From Mobula birostris (Eukaryota), in contig NC_092379.1 of assembly GCF_030028105.1 (NCBI RefSeq), forward strand, positions 28,637,821 through 28,701,820: a DNA stretch of 64,000 bases, given 5' to 3'. Made by a program: the position numbers and the translations under genes. The notes beneath the pieces are model-generated. The model was given only the letters and a program-made list of their open reading frames with translations, was not told the origin of the DNA and did no database searches. How positions within the stretch are numbered: position 1 is the first letter of the stretch; every line of letters starts with the position of its first letter. Shown here piece after piece: positions 62,820 to 64,000 of this stretch.

Positions 62820-63247
62820 GGGTCCTTTGTACAGAAGGACTGTATACACGAGAGTCCGGCACAAGACTTCCGGAGATACTTAAATGAGCTGACTCTACCT
62901 TTGTGCATAACAGCTGTAACCCTCGCCGGACATTCTGAGGCCGCTCCAGTTTTCCTCAGCCAGAGAGCTTCGGCAGGTGTCAGGAGACTCTCCGCGATGC
63001 TGAGTGTATCAAATATGTTTGTCTTCGTTCGTGTGTAACTGCTTTTCAGTGTTTTATCGTCGGACTTCCGTCTGCCGATAATTTAGGACCATCCTGATCA
63101 CAGTTTTGTACTTTCTCTTTTCTGTATTAGCAGACAGATTGCATTGACTTCCCTGACTTGCACTGAACTGCGCTCTCTCTGGTCATGTGTGCTGCGTTTT
63201 AGCTGTCAGGAAGACAAATGAAACCTGTAAGAAACTGAGAGGCACAT
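62820..63247 (-). pseudogene. TCR V pseudogene
   Basis: LVPDSRVY then a frameshift before the Cys, frameshifted leader, heptamer CTCAGTG. Confidence 0.8.
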
Positions 63248-63871
63248 GCTCACTCGCTTCACTTCCAAGAATTTATCACGATGACACACTATAAATCTTT
63301 TTTTCTCTTTCACTATATCTCTCTATCCCTCTCTTTATTTCACTTTCTTCCCCCCTCGCTCCACTCCACCTCTCTCCAGCTAACTATTTATTTATCTATC
63401 TCTTTATCTCCGTCTCTCTTTCTCACTCTCTTGCTCTACCCGTACCTACTTCCCTCTCTCGTTCTCACTCCGCACATTCGTTTCTATTTTTTCTATTTAT
63501 TTATATTTGTCAACGCTCTAACAACTCAGTCTCGCTTTATTTGCCATTCTGCCCCTGTGCTATCCTTTTTCACACCATGTCACTCCATGCTAACCAGCGT
63601 ATCCACGACGGTTGCTACGAGTCAACTACAAAATTATGACTTCCCGCTTTTGCTGTTATCTAACTTATTATTAACCTTTGAAGTTATTGAAAGAATATCT
63701 TTCAATCTTGCAGGACCCTGTTAGATATTTCTTGCCAATAGCACATCAAATATTTATTCCCATGGACGAGCTGGGATTAGATGTTTATCGGACATGGAAG
63801 GCACCGGATAGAGCAGGCAAACATTACGAACACTGAGGAGTCCATATCCTGTATCCCCGTGGAACGTTGAG

Positions 63872-64000
63872 TGCTGAACTGTGCAAAGCTATTCAATGGA
63901 GTCCAGCACATTGCCCCCAAACTTATTTCAGCGGAACACCTTTGCACAGAGACCCGAACTATTACTGGGCTGTTTTGGTGTAGAACAATATCTCCAGTCA
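63872..64000 (-). pseudogene. Decayed V relic (3' part; runs off the window)
   Basis: VLDSIE*LCTV; homologous to the 23.8 kb relic. Confidence 0.55.

Noticed and set aside
1-64000. D, J or C segments, 12-RSS, germline-joined VDJ, NAR-TCR or IgH-type V
   Set aside because: None recognised: no FGxG J motif with an RSS, and every intact V ends in an unrearranged 23-RSS
1-64000. Prokaryotic features (CRISPR, operons, rRNA/tRNA)
   Set aside because: The sequence is intron-containing vertebrate DNA; the periodic repeats are V cassettes and TEs

Overview
Vertebrate genomic DNA, most likely a cartilaginous fish (probably a batoid; inferred from the repeat content, not verified). The window is part of an antigen-receptor V-gene array, most likely the T-cell receptor alpha/delta V region. 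All V segments lie on the minus strand. The intact pattern is a 46-nt leader exon, an ~85-nt phase-1 intron, a ~290-300-nt V exon and a 23-bp-spacer RSS. About 29 V-like segments are visible. Only three look intact (20313-20735, 30925-31357, 53661-54083); the rest are pseudogenes or relics. The array is built from a large tandem segmental duplication (~0.7-23.6 kb vs ~29.0-57.7 kb) plus smaller nested cassettes. It is interrupted by CR1, Rex1/Babar, RTE, Penelope-like, hAT and LTR-like elements, and has one assembly gap. No D, J or C segments were recognised. Main hunt results: (1) CTCF-like motifs 12-24 bp downstream of V RSS nonamers, all pointing the same way, with one copy flipped by a micro-inversion; (2) a complete minimal type I hammerhead ribozyme in a Penelope-like repeat; (3) six consecutive non-synonymous CDR1 changes between two intact paralogs; (4) a non-canonical V-domain cysteine; (5) a 249-bp inverted templated insertion. 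All coordinates were read by eye; TE and relic boundaries are approximate.
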